From UHGV virus genome UHGV-0210098: 64,000 bases of DNA. The stretch is one strand, 5' to 3'. Positions within the stretch are counted from its first letter, which is position 1. Each line of letters opens with the position of its first letter. The position numbers and the translations under genes are program-made. The stretch comes from a virus. Shown here in pieces: positions 46,636-55,914 of the stretch. The notes beneath the pieces were generated by a model. The model was not told the DNA's origin, did no database searches, and worked only from the letters and a program-made list of their open reading frames with translations.

Positions 46636-46767
46636 ATTAGACCACATATATACATGAAAAAGAACGCTCGACCGTGAGGCCGGGCGTTTTTTGTAACTCA
46701 AAAGATAAAGAGAAGCAACGACAAGTACAGGCTACCTTTGCATCAAACTCAAAAATTTATATACAAT

Positions 46768-47031
46768 ATGAAGATAGCAAAAGACAAAATGCAGCACATT
46801 ATCGTCTGCGCAATCGTGGCGGTAGTTATCGCCTTAGTAGTAGCCTACACCTGTGCGCTTCCGTTACCGTCCTGCGTGGCAGGTTTTTTAGGAGCAACGG
46901 CGTGTGGTTTGGGTAAGGAATACGGCGACAGCAAGGCGCACGGAAACACTTGGAGTTGGCCGGACATCGCCGCAGACATGGCCGGAGCAGCCATTGGATG
47001 CCTTGCAGGTTTTGTAGCACCCTTAATCTAA
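46768..47031 (+). CDS. Small membrane protein, a class-II holin-like candidate (two transmembrane segments).
   Basis: First ATG at 46768; the track start at 46738 is TTG. Hydrophobic segments IIVCAIVAVVIALVVAY and AGAAIGCLAGFVAPLI. Lies immediately upstream of the lysis genes. Confidence 0.4.
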   Translation: MKIAKDKMQHIIVCAIVAVVIALVVAYTCALPLPSCVAGFLGATACGLGKEYGDSKAHGNTWSWPDIAADMAGAAIGCLAGFVAPLI

Positions 47032-47040
47032 TCAGACGGC

Positions 47041-47517
47041 ATGAACGAAACCAACAATCTTTTCTCGGCTACAATGGCCGCATTAGGGATGGCACTTTCC
47101 GGGTTCTACGGGCACCTTGCCCCTTGGCTCATGCTTGGCATGGTGTTGGTGATGGTAGACCTCCGTTTCGGCCTCCTCGCGGCCAAAGCTCGTAAAGAGG
47201 ACATCCGTCCCTCGCGAGCATGGCGCAGGACGTTCAATAAGATGGTGGATTACCTCTGTTGGGTTACACTCGCTGAGGTATGCAGTAGGACTTTCGGAAT
47301 AACAATCGGTGCGCCGGTTGTGAGTATGGCCATGCTGTTTATTATCTACGGCATTGAATTGAACTCATGCGTCAATAATTACCTTGAGTACAAGGGTATC
47401 AAAAAAAAGTGGAACTTCTTCAAACTTGTAGGCAAGGAAAATTTGCTTGAAGATAGCAACACAGAGTCAGAAACTGACAAATCCAATGACAATGGGAAAA
47501 ATAAAAGTCTTGATTGA
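47041..47517 (+). CDS. Multi-pass membrane protein, a holin-like candidate.
   Basis: Three or four hydrophobic helices. Its stop overlaps the amidase start by 32 nt. Confidence 0.45.
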   Translation: MNETNNLFSATMAALGMALSGFYGHLAPWLMLGMVLVMVDLRFGLLAAKARKEDIRPSRAWRRTFNKMVDYLCWVTLAEVCSRTFGITIGAPVVSMAMLFIIYGIELNSCVNNYLEYKGIKKKWNFFKLVGKENLLEDSNTESETDKSNDNGKNKSLD

Positions 47518-48094
47518 CAACGGCCACGGCGAGGACACGCCCGGGAAATGCAGCCCCGACAAGCGGCTGAAAGAATACCGCTATTGCCGTGAGATAGCAC
47601 AGCGCGTCAGCAGAGAGTTGTCGCTCCGTGGTATAGACGCATTACTCCTTACGCCGGAAACCACCGACACACCACTCAAAGAACGTGTGCGTAAAGCCAA
47701 CGCATGGGCGCGCAAACTCGGTTCAAAGAATGTGGTGCTTGTGTCGATACACAACAATGCCGCCGGCTCAGATGGCCAATGGTATACGGCCTCCGGCTTC
47801 TCTGTATTCATCAGCAAGAACGCATCGGCCAACTCCAAACGCCTGGCACAAATCTTCACAGAGAACGCCACGGCAATGGGACTTATGGGCAACCGCAGTG
47901 TTCCTGCCGAAAAGTATTGGGTTCAATCGCTTGCCATGACACGCGACACTATTTGCCCGGCAGTGCTCACAGAGAACCTTTTCCAAGACAATGAGGAGGA
48001 GGTGAAATTTCTGCTTTCGGAGGATGGAAAGAAAGCCATTACAAACTTGCACGTTAATTCAATCATTCAATACATCAACAGTATTAAGTCATGA
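47486..48094 (+). CDS. N-acetylmuramoyl-L-alanine amidase (Amidase_3 family) endolysin.
   Basis: KVLIDNGHGEDTPG, VSIHNNAAGS and TENLFQDNEEE match Amidase_3 zinc-binding and catalytic motifs. The in-frame ATG is at 47486; the track start at 47447 is TTG. Confidence 0.85.
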   Translation: MTMGKIKVLIDNGHGEDTPGKCSPDKRLKEYRYCREIAQRVSRELSLRGIDALLLTPETTDTPLKERVRKANAWARKLGSKNVVLVSIHNNAAGSDGQWYTASGFSVFISKNASANSKRLAQIFTENATAMGLMGNRSVPAEKYWVQSLAMTRDTICPAVLTENLFQDNEEEVKFLLSEDGKKAITNLHVNSIIQYINSIKS

Positions 48095-48336
48095 ACAGAG
48101 AAGAAGAAATTGTTGCTAACAAGCAACTGAGAAAGGACATTGACGAGATTATCCAAAGAGTTAAGGAATTGCCTGCTTCGCGTGAGCGTAGTCTTTCCAT
48201 CACCAAACTACAAGAGGGCGTTATGTGGCTTGGTATGGATTTGAAACGACTTAACAGCGACAATCCCTATCCTTCAAGTAAAGACCCCTCTACAGGTTCA
48301 AAGATTGAACCAACTGCAGACGGTCTCAAACTCTAA
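48091..48336 (+). CDS. Hypothetical small protein (81 aa).
   Basis: ATG overlaps the amidase stop (ATGA). Confidence 0.35.
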   Translation: MNREEEIVANKQLRKDIDEIIQRVKELPASRERSLSITKLQEGVMWLGMDLKRLNSDNPYPSSKDPSTGSKIEPTADGLKL

Positions 48337-48348
48337 AAATCAATCGTC

Positions 48349-48951
48349 ATGAAAGCAAAACATTATGTGCTTGCAGCCCTTGCAGGACTTGTAACATTCT
48401 TTGTCGGTTACTTCATCGGCAAAGACCGCACGGAGAAGCCTCCCGGAACCGTTGTGGAAACAAAAGAAACGACCGTGGACACCATACCGTACCGCGCACC
48501 GATGCCGCAGTCGGAGTTGGCGTTAGGCACACACCTTTATACTCTGCCGACTTATCGTTTCATCGGTGGAGGGTCAGGAGGCGAGCCGCGACCACGTGGG
48601 GACAATGACATCATTCGTGAGGATACCATTCATGCAGGCACCATCAAGACTTTGCCATATGGCACCGGCGCAGGGGGTGAACCTCGATGTTGCGAGGACA
48701 GTACAATCGTAGAACTTCCCGTTGTTCAACGCCACTATGCCGACAGTACATACGAGGCATGGGTAAGTGGACCGATAGACCCACGGCTCGACAGCGTGAG
48801 AGTATTCGCACCAACAACCATCATCACCAAAAGGGAATGGAAGCCTCCCAAACGATGGCATATAGGAATAACCGCCGGATATGGCTACGGTTCAAAAGGC
48901 TTTCAGCCGTATGTCGGTGTCGGTATTACTTATTCTATATTCAGTTTTTAA
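48349..48951 (+). CDS. N-terminally membrane-anchored protein; a possible spanin or lysis accessory candidate.
   Basis: Single N-terminal transmembrane helix (VLAALAGLVTFFVGYFIG) next to the lysis cassette. The remainder is Gly/Pro-rich. Confidence 0.3.
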   Translation: MKAKHYVLAALAGLVTFFVGYFIGKDRTEKPPGTVVETKETTVDTIPYRAPMPQSELALGTHLYTLPTYRFIGGGSGGEPRPRGDNDIIREDTIHAGTIKTLPYGTGAGGEPRCCEDSTIVELPVVQRHYADSTYEAWVSGPIDPRLDSVRVFAPTTIITKREWKPPKRWHIGITAGYGYGSKGFQPYVGVGITYSIFSF

Positions 48952-48952
48952 T

Positions 48953-49480
48953 ATGGAGATAACACTATCAATCAATAAGGACGATGTGATGCAGGAAATC
49001 GCCGTTACCACGGCCTACACAGGTGGGAAGATGGACAATGACGAGAACGCCCTGCACCGCATATCAACAGTAGACGAGGACGAGAACCACCTTGAAAGAT
49101 TTTGGGAGGAAAGCCGAGCCGACATCTGCCAAGAACTTATCGGCCTTGTAACTTTTGAGGGCATGGTAAACGGCATCATCATAAAGCCGAATGACCCGGA
49201 AATTCCGATACAACCCAGCCCCAATGCTTTGCCCCCAATCGTGAAACCGCATTATGAGTTGAGACTTGATGTGTCAAAGTCCTTTGATGAGGCATTACTG
49301 CCAAGCATGAAACTCAGCCTCCGCAGTTTCTTTGTGCATAACATAGTGGCCAAGTGGTATGTCTATACGAACAAAACTGAAGCCGGTGACTATGCAGACA
49401 AGGCGGCCACGCTGCTTGACGACATACACCGCAAGGCCGTATATAAGAAAAAGCCGACACGCCCCACCTACGATGACTAA
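48953..49480 (+). CDS. Paralogous small protein 1 of 3 (C-terminal ...KKKPTRPTYDD).
   Basis: Shares the C-terminal block W(Y/F)V.TNK.(E/D)A..YA(D/N)....LD.....A.YK(K/R)..PTRPTY.D with the next gene. Confidence 0.5.
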   Translation: MEITLSINKDDVMQEIAVTTAYTGGKMDNDENALHRISTVDEDENHLERFWEESRADICQELIGLVTFEGMVNGIIIKPNDPEIPIQPSPNALPPIVKPHYELRLDVSKSFDEALLPSMKLSLRSFFVHNIVAKWYVYTNKTEAGDYADKAATLLDDIHRKAVYKKKPTRPTYDD

Positions 49481-49499
49481 TTTATAAACTTACATCACA

Positions 49500-50012
49500 A
49501 TGGAACAGAAAAAGACCATTACAGTAACGCTTGAGTCGAAGGAAATCAAGTTTGATGTGATGAACAAATCGCACCTCACCGGCCAAGCGCGGAACGCAGA
49601 GGGCAAGGACTATCGTTCCACGGCCTATATGCAAGCGAGTGAGGACGATGAACACGCCTATCAGATACTCCGCTCCATCAGCAATGCTTTTTCGCATCTG
49701 AAGGTGGAACTCGGCGAGTACCTGCATGAGGACGGCTCGACCTCCAACAACCGCATCAACAAGGCCGTGGAGGACGGAGACAAGTTGCAGCTTTCATTCC
49801 TTCTGCCATCAAACTTCAACAACTCGGCTTGCGACAGCCTCGGCGGTATGCTCCACGAGTATATCGTAGACCGTACCCTTTCCGAATGGTTTGTAATCAC
49901 CAACAAGGAAGATGCACAGAGCTACGCCAACCTCGCCACTGATGCCCTCGACAGAGCCAAACAAGCCCTCTATAAGAGGGAAAGACCCACACGTCCAACT
50001 TATACTGATTAA
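49500..50012 (+). CDS. Paralogous small protein 2 of 3 (C-terminal ...KRERPTRPTYTD).
   Basis: See paralog 1. Confidence 0.5.
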   Translation: MEQKKTITVTLESKEIKFDVMNKSHLTGQARNAEGKDYRSTAYMQASEDDEHAYQILRSISNAFSHLKVELGEYLHEDGSTSNNRINKAVEDGDKLQLSFLLPSNFNNSACDSLGGMLHEYIVDRTLSEWFVITNKEDAQSYANLATDALDRAKQALYKRERPTRPTYTD

Positions 50013-50015
50013 GCC

Positions 50016-50573
50016 ATGTACCATATCGGATGCAGCGAGGACTGCTACAACAGCGATGCAGGGAGCAGTAAGGCCACTAAGAAGGTCACATTGACATTCA
50101 AACGTGATGAGCTGCTGTACGACATCAAGAACTACGCCTATATCGAGGGACACGTGTGGGGCGAAGAAAACCAACACGCCCAGCACACCCTCGTTGAAAT
50201 TGGCGAAGAGGGAAATGTCGACCGTGTGAACCGCATACTCGGTGTAGTCCACGCCGCAGCCGTTGAAATGCTTTATCCGTACACCAAGCAAGACCCGGAG
50301 GAGGAAGAAGAAATCGACGACCGTATGTGGGCACCGACAGACTACAAGATAGTCATGAAAGTACCGGTCACGATGTCACGCACCACTCTCCACCTGCTTA
50401 ACAAACTCATCCATGAGTTTATGGTTTATCGTGTGATTTATGATTGGCTAAGCATCACGCACCCCGAAGCCGCGCGAAATTGGCTCGACAAGGCACTCGA
50501 AGCCCAGGAGGAAATAAACAGTGTCAAGAACAGCCGCACAGGTGTGTTGAGGCGACCATCGCACCCATTTTAA
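50016..50573 (+). CDS. Paralogous or related small protein 3 of 3 (more divergent; C-terminal ...WLDKALEAQEEI...RRPSHPF).
   Basis: Related C-terminal helix (LSITHPEAARNWLDKALEA versus LATDALDRAKQALYK). Last gene on the plus strand before the strand switch. Confidence 0.4.
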   Translation: MYHIGCSEDCYNSDAGSSKATKKVTLTFKRDELLYDIKNYAYIEGHVWGEENQHAQHTLVEIGEEGNVDRVNRILGVVHAAAVEMLYPYTKQDPEEEEEIDDRMWAPTDYKIVMKVPVTMSRTTLHLLNKLIHEFMVYRVIYDWLSITHPEAARNWLDKALEAQEEINSVKNSRTGVLRRPSHPF

Positions 50574-50615
50574 GATTTACCTATCCGGGGCAACCCGGAA
50601 CTACCCGACAAGGAC

Positions 50616-50665
50616 GAGAGCCGAGACGCATCACGCGCCCCGGCTCTCTTTTTACAATCTTTTTA
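50616..50665. terminator. Bidirectional terminator-like hairpin (8-bp stem GAGAGCCG/CGGCTCTC, 17-nt loop) flanked by T-runs, at the convergence point of the plus and minus blocks.
   Basis: Inverted repeat at 50616-50623 and 50641-50648, followed by tttttacaatcttttta. Confidence 0.45.
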
Positions 50666-50693
50666 CCTAATACTAATTCTACCTATGTATGTC

Positions 50694-53531
50694 TTATCTT
50701 GGTTGATTGGTCAATCGTGGCGTGAACTGCAGAGAAGCCCCGAAGATACTCTCATCGGGAGAAAGATTGCAGAGCAACGCGATACGGAAATACTTGTAGG
50801 GAGTGCCACGGAAACCTCGCAGGTAGTGGTCTTTGCTCGACCATACCAAATGCCAATTATAGAGGTCGCGAGAGCCGTAGAGGACAGACTGAACGTGTCC
50901 CTTTTGGAAGTGGCCGCGCTGTATAACCGTGTCCATTGTCTTGAGAACATCCGGCGTTTCAAGTTTGATAGGACGGGTAACGAATAATCCCTTTGTCGCC
51001 TCACCCTCCATAGCGGAGAAATTCAGTAATGCGCCGTCATGGTCCACGGCCAATGCTTCCGGGTAAGAATTGATGCCGGCCTCGATTGTGGAATACATCA
51101 TGCCCCATTCCTTAGACTTTAGGGAATAAACATAAGCATAGGTGTAATGAGGGTTATATACAATCACTCGTTGATGCACATAGTCGTAGAGCATACCGCA
51201 CTCAGCAATAAACTCCAAGAAAGGAGCGGTCGGCAGACAGGTGTCAGCATTATGGCCGAGCATCGAGTGAAGTTTTGCCATGCCGGGGAGCTGCAATACA
51301 TCGAAAGGCTCTTTGGAGTTGATAACATCAGTTATACATTGTGTTTGCGAACCGGAAATAAGCATGATGCCTCTATCTGTCGCGAAAAGCACAGCATTAT
51401 CCATCTGCAAAGGTTCAGTATCATTGAGAATAACATCGCGTGTTATAGGTTGTTTTGCTGAATACGAACCAGTAGAAGATACCTCCAATGCCCAAACTCC
51501 TTCATCGGTAAACGCATATAGTGGAAATTGTCCGAACTGTCCCTCTGAAAGAGCCTTTGCAGCCGTACAAATGCCAAGTATCTTACCTGTCCCTACTGTA
51601 TTTATGCCAAGCAAAGGAAAATAGAACGGATTATTTACTTCTGAGGTATATATTTTATTTATTGAATTTATAAAGGTTGTACTATTTTCTGTAGAACTAT
51701 AAAAATTTTCCGATGAATTACGTATCAAATCGTAATCAAGCAAAGCATAGGCACCATTCAAAAAGTCGTGAGGTAGCAAATTTATGTCGTAACATTTTCC
51801 ATTTTGTACTCCGGAATTATACCCTAAAGGAACTATTCTCATCTTATATGCGTTGACATTAGGATAAAAAAAGTAACATCCCCACGACTCGCCTCTATTA
51901 AGACTGTTTCCCTCATCAGTCAAAAAGTTGCACAAGACTTTATCATAACTTCCATTGCAACAGACAGTCTTATCCTCTCCATTCTCTTTAATATAAACAA
52001 TGATAGAGTATCTGTCAGTCAAATGTGACCAATTTATTGTAGGACGAGATAATTCTATCGTTGTTCCATTTATACGGAAGTTCATTCTCGTATTACAAAA
52101 AGACAACATAGAAGACATCTGAAATCCTTTGAAAAGTTGCCTTTTAATATTTGCAAAATTTATACGACTGTTATAACAGAAGGTGTATTTCGGAACTATT
52201 CTGTCATGTGTTTGATAATCATCTGTCATGACCTCTCTTGTAACGAGAGATTGTAAATAATCCTCCTTTACAGGTATTACTTTACGTTCACGACTCAAAT
52301 CTGAAAGTTTTATAGAATGCAATAAATAAAACGAATTGCAACTCTTTATTCCTTCAGCATTTTTCTCGTTACTATATTCGGGAAGCCTAAACACGCTCCA
52401 AGGACGCTTTCTGTTAGCGGAGAAATACATTGCATAAATTTGCTCATACAGCCATTGATTATAATAACTATCTAACAATTCTGCACCCGAAACAGGAGAA
52501 AGGACTTTGTCGTCAGCAATAGAACCGCTTTGTCCATTTGACAATAGTCTACCTACAAAAACAGAGTCAAAGTCATTACTGTCTTTACAGGATTTGATTT
52601 TACCGTTTTGGTCATAAGGGTAAATAGGCTTTGAAATAAATATATCAACGCTTTTCACAATATCTCCCCATTGGTCTATATCGTCTGATGTGACATTATC
52701 ATACGCATAATCCAAGTCACAAGCCACAAGCATCATATTGCATACCGCATTCTTAACTCCCGTATTTGTATCACTACTATATGCCTCTGTCCAATATACA
52801 ATAGGGTTGTTAGTCGTACAAGGGCTCATCAAAATTGGAGCAGAGTGCATAACCAAAGAACCGTCATATAACCTTAATCCATAGCGTACGAAAAAAGGCA
52901 ACGCAAAACGTCCTTTATTCACAGATTGTTCTGCAAGGAATTTATTAACCTTTGCCATAATCTGTTCTGTAATTTGGTTTTTCTGCGTATCAGGAAATTC
53001 TCCAAGCATGTCACTAACTTTCATTTCATTAAAAGTAATAGTGAACGTAGATTTGCTTGAGTCGGATTTAGAAAACAAACGAGGATGTCCTTGCAGACCG
53101 AAAGACAAGTTTATTTCGGGAAGATGCCGGCCAAGATTTGTATATTTTGTGCCATTCCAAAGGCAATAATATACTGTATCATTTGCCACCATAACAAGGG
53201 TATTACCTATTGAATTAACAGATAATACCTCTAATGTCGTCAAGATTAAAATCCTTTCTTTATTCTTGCTTTCCCCATCATAATACCACAACTCATTATA
53301 GTATTGTTCGGCATTAAATCGTAGATAAATGTAATGTGTAAATGCAGATGTTTTGTGGATGTGAAAGAACCTCAACAGCCCTTCTATCCGCAGTTCTTCT
53401 ATTGGAGCAAGAATTGGCTTTATTTGACTCTCCTCACTTATAAGATTGAGTGATGCGGCGAGTTCACCATCATGACATTCATAGTCGGACGGTTGTGCCG
53501 TATAACCATTGTATTTTATATCTTTTATCAT
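50694..53531 (-). CDS. Large (945-aa) Asn-rich protein of unknown function. The N-terminal two thirds are encoded by a strongly AT-rich segment.
   Basis: ATG at 53531. No catalytic motif was recognised. The composition shifts sharply at about 51600. Confidence 0.55.
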   Translation of the reverse strand: MIKDIKYNGYTAQPSDYECHDGELAASLNLISEESQIKPILAPIEELRIEGLLRFFHIHKTSAFTHYIYLRFNAEQYYNELWYYDGESKNKERILILTTLEVLSVNSIGNTLVMVANDTVYYCLWNGTKYTNLGRHLPEINLSFGLQGHPRLFSKSDSSKSTFTITFNEMKVSDMLGEFPDTQKNQITEQIMAKVNKFLAEQSVNKGRFALPFFVRYGLRLYDGSLVMHSAPILMSPCTTNNPIVYWTEAYSSDTNTGVKNAVCNMMLVACDLDYAYDNVTSDDIDQWGDIVKSVDIFISKPIYPYDQNGKIKSCKDSNDFDSVFVGRLLSNGQSGSIADDKVLSPVSGAELLDSYYNQWLYEQIYAMYFSANRKRPWSVFRLPEYSNEKNAEGIKSCNSFYLLHSIKLSDLSRERKVIPVKEDYLQSLVTREVMTDDYQTHDRIVPKYTFCYNSRINFANIKRQLFKGFQMSSMLSFCNTRMNFRINGTTIELSRPTINWSHLTDRYSIIVYIKENGEDKTVCCNGSYDKVLCNFLTDEGNSLNRGESWGCYFFYPNVNAYKMRIVPLGYNSGVQNGKCYDINLLPHDFLNGAYALLDYDLIRNSSENFYSSTENSTTFINSINKIYTSEVNNPFYFPLLGINTVGTGKILGICTAAKALSEGQFGQFPLYAFTDEGVWALEVSSTGSYSAKQPITRDVILNDTEPLQMDNAVLFATDRGIMLISGSQTQCITDVINSKEPFDVLQLPGMAKLHSMLGHNADTCLPTAPFLEFIAECGMLYDYVHQRVIVYNPHYTYAYVYSLKSKEWGMMYSTIEAGINSYPEALAVDHDGALLNFSAMEGEATKGLFVTRPIKLETPDVLKTMDTVIQRGHFQKGHVQSVLYGSRDLYNWHLVWSSKDHYLRGFRGTPYKYFRIALLCNLSPDESIFGASLQFTPRLTNQPR

Positions 53532-53902
53532 AACGAGCTGCGGTATATGATTGTGATGTACTTAATGTTGTCGCGTATAACCTCCATGCCGCAGGGACAA
53601 CGCAAACGAGTTCCCTTTACTTCGGCACCGGAAAGGACAGCCCTTGCCAACTTCTTGGAGCAGGTGCGGAACGTGCCTTTTCCGTGAGCCGTAGCCCATA
53701 CACGTCCTATGTGCCGACCTGTATATTGGCCGGCACGTAGTTTGACATAGAGGTAGAGTTCGCCATACTCATACGCAATGTCTATCACATCGCCAACGGA
53801 CAGTGATAGTTTCCGGGCAACGTGGGCTGATATATCAATCTGGCCGGAGGCATCGAATGATATGTCGTGCTTGCGAGAGTTTGACAATATACTTTTCATC
53901 AT
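53528..53902 (-). CDS. Hypothetical protein (about 124 aa).
   Basis: The track start at 53908 is TTG; ATG at 53902 (MMKSILSN...). Overlaps the start of the 945-aa gene by 4 nt. Confidence 0.4.
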   Translation of the reverse strand: MMKSILSNSRKHDISFDASGQIDISAHVARKLSLSVGDVIDIAYEYGELYLYVKLRAGQYTGRHIGRVWATAHGKGTFRTCSKKLARAVLSGAEVKGTRLRCPCGMEVIRDNIKYITIIYRSSL

Positions 53903-53937
53903 TGGCAAAATTAGTTAGGATGATTGGTAAACCCACG

Positions 53938-54132
53938 TTAAGTTGTGGGAGAGAATAAATTTGGTTGTTGCGGTTCTGTGTAGCCTAAATCGCGTACACG
54001 CTTAATCTCCGCGTCTATCTCGGCCTCGAGAGCCTTAGACTTGCGCAGGACATCATGCGACCGGGTGCGGAAATACTCTTTTTGCGACTCGCGCATGAGA
54101 GCAACCTTTTCAAAGAATTGTCGTTTGTTCAT
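53938..54132 (-). CDS. Small helical hypothetical protein (64 aa).
   Basis: ATG-initiated ORF lying between the methyltransferase remnant and the 124-aa ORF. Confidence 0.3.
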   Translation of the reverse strand: MNKRQFFEKVALMRESQKEYFRTRSHDVLRKSKALEAEIDAEIKRVRDLGYTEPQQPNLFSPTT

Positions 54133-54134
54133 TG

Positions 54135-54320
54135 TTACGCAACGTTTTTATGATGATGTCTCTCGATTTCTGCACATAGAGCCTCGCACCAGGAGCGAGC
54201 CATATTTACCTCAACTGCATTTCCGATGAATTTCTTTTTGTCGGCCTGTGTACCTATCAGCACATAGTCCTCGGGGAAGCCCATTATCAACTTCAACTCT
54301 GTTTCTTTGAGCATCCGCAT
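54135..54320 (-). pseudogene. C-terminal fragment of a DNA cytosine-5 methyltransferase.
   Basis: ELKLIMGFPEDYVLIGTQADKKKFIGNAVEVNMA is the conserved C5-methyltransferase C-terminal block (motifs IX-X, ...GNAV...). No upstream catalytic-domain ORF exists. Confidence 0.55.
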
Positions 54321-54389
54321 CGTTATGTCAATGATATTTTTCCATTTGGTTGAAAATAAAATCAGCCAAAGAATATCCGTTACTTTTAC

Positions 54390-54719
54390 TCATTTCGTCA
54401 GATACTTCCACCAAGAATAATGTTTGCGATAGTCGAGGTAAGTTGTGCGATACTGATTGGAGTACGCCTCACGCTCAAAGCTGATGTTTCTATATGCCAT
54501 GTGGCTGTCAAGATACTGTATGAGCCGGACGATCCATTCAACGAAATACCACACATAGAAAAACACATAGGCCATTTCACGCATCTGTGCGGTATGGATG
54601 CACTCATGCCTCATGTCGGAGGCCGTCATTACGCTATGTTTGCGGACGAACAGCACTCCGAAAAGGTTTATCGCCTTGAAACCCTCAAAGGGGATGATGT
54701 TGTTATAGATTATCTTCAT
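54390..54719 (-). CDS. Small HExxH-motif protein (a possible minimal zincin-like protein).
   Basis: DMRHECIHTAQMRE contains HExxH. The protein is Tyr/Trp-rich and 109 aa long. Confidence 0.35.
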   Translation of the reverse strand: MKIIYNNIIPFEGFKAINLFGVLFVRKHSVMTASDMRHECIHTAQMREMAYVFFYVWYFVEWIVRLIQYLDSHMAYRNISFEREAYSNQYRTTYLDYRKHYSWWKYLTK

Positions 54720-55416
54720 TGTCGTTATTAAAAAGGTTCGGTTCTTGTTGGAATTTCATAATACGTTCTCTGGCCGCAGTGTAATAGTGAGCATCTTTTT
54801 CTATGCCAAGTAAAGAATAGCCTAAACTCTCACAGGCGATTGCTATGCTACCACTACCAAGATGTGTGTCAAGTATTGTCCACTTTTCTTTTGCGAATTT
54901 AGTCAATAGCCACGCATAAAGGGCTACCGGCTTCTGAGTCGGATGTATTCTTTTCTCGTTCAGTTTCTTATTACCCTGCATGATGCGTCCCTCTGACATA
55001 CTTTTCCCTTGCAGCATACCATTCCACATAAATGGAAATAGTCTAACAGAAGTAAACAGATTTGTAGCAGCAATCTCACAATCTGAGAAAGAGGATAAAC
55101 CATTACATTTGTCCCAAACAATCCGTCCCGGAGCAAAGATGTAGTCGAAGTAGTTACATCCCCAAACGATATAATACTGTGCGACTCGCTGCAATTCATC
55201 AAAATATTCTGTTGTTGGAACTTCCCATTTTTCTGATTTCTCATATAACCGTTTCACACCGATATTGCTAATACGGCAACCGTAAAACATTCGGCGTTCG
55301 GGTCCCGAATAATACGGAGGGTCTACGATTGCAAGGTCAAAGGACTTGTCGGGCATATCTTTCAATACGTCCATACAATCACCCAAGTGCAATGTTATAT
55401 TTTTGAGTTGTTCCAT
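54703..55416 (-). CDS. DNA methyltransferase, beta-class (N6-adenine or N4-cytosine).
   Basis: LAIVDPPYY (motif IV) precedes ILDTHLGSGSIAIACESLG (motif I), with HPTQKP between. This circularly permuted beta-class order is typical of phage orphan methyltransferases. Confidence 0.85.
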   Translation of the reverse strand: MEQLKNITLHLGDCMDVLKDMPDKSFDLAIVDPPYYSGPERRMFYGCRISNIGVKRLYEKSEKWEVPTTEYFDELQRVAQYYIVWGCNYFDYIFAPGRIVWDKCNGLSSFSDCEIAATNLFTSVRLFPFMWNGMLQGKSMSEGRIMQGNKKLNEKRIHPTQKPVALYAWLLTKFAKEKWTILDTHLGSGSIAIACESLGYSLLGIEKDAHYYTAARERIMKFQQEPNLFNNDNEDNL

Positions 55417-55902
55417 TTATTTCAGTTTCTCACTCAAACGGTTCATCTTGAAATCCAACCATTGCCCAACGCATTTCACACCATAGATTTGCGCCATCTG
55501 TAAGCACATAATCATGACATCGGCAATCTCCTCGCAGACATGGTGGTTTTTATCACGGCCACGAGAGTGTTTACAGATAGCGTCCTGCAGTTCGGCCATT
55601 TCCTCGAACAACATCAGCGTTTGGGCATCCTTGCCGTATGTCTGAATGGCAAACCGGATGGTTTCGTCAGTACCATTCGTGCATATCTGCTGAAGAATAT
55701 CCGATACAGGACATCCGTAAGGCGTGGCCGGGTCGGCGGTGTGAGTGTCGCTTTCTTCTGTTGCGGCCAGCCTCATCTTTGCATCATGCCGGCTCTGACG
55801 AGTGAGTTCCGCAACACATTTCTTGCAGCGGTGCCGGTAAGACTTCGACATATCAGATTGAGGAACATACTCCCCACAGATTTCACATTGTACTTTTTTC
55901 AT
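55417..55902 (-). CDS. N-terminal Zn-ribbon fused to a MazG-like nucleotide pyrophosphohydrolase domain.
   Basis: CEICGE...CKKC zinc ribbon. LMLFEEMAELQDAI...VCEEIADVMIMCLQMA matches the MazG E-x-x-E-L / E-E-x-x-D pattern. Confidence 0.55.
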   Translation of the reverse strand: MKKVQCEICGEYVPQSDMSKSYRHRCKKCVAELTRQSRHDAKMRLAATEESDTHTADPATPYGCPVSDILQQICTNGTDETIRFAIQTYGKDAQTLMLFEEMAELQDAICKHSRGRDKNHHVCEEIADVMIMCLQMAQIYGVKCVGQWLDFKMNRLSEKLK

Positions 55903-55914
55903 ATTTTTGCTTGT

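Noticed and set aside
46662-46692. A rho-independent terminator after ORF 46162-46635.
   Set aside because: A GC-rich segment followed by T6 is present, but I could not find a clean inverted repeat. It is left as a weak possibility only.
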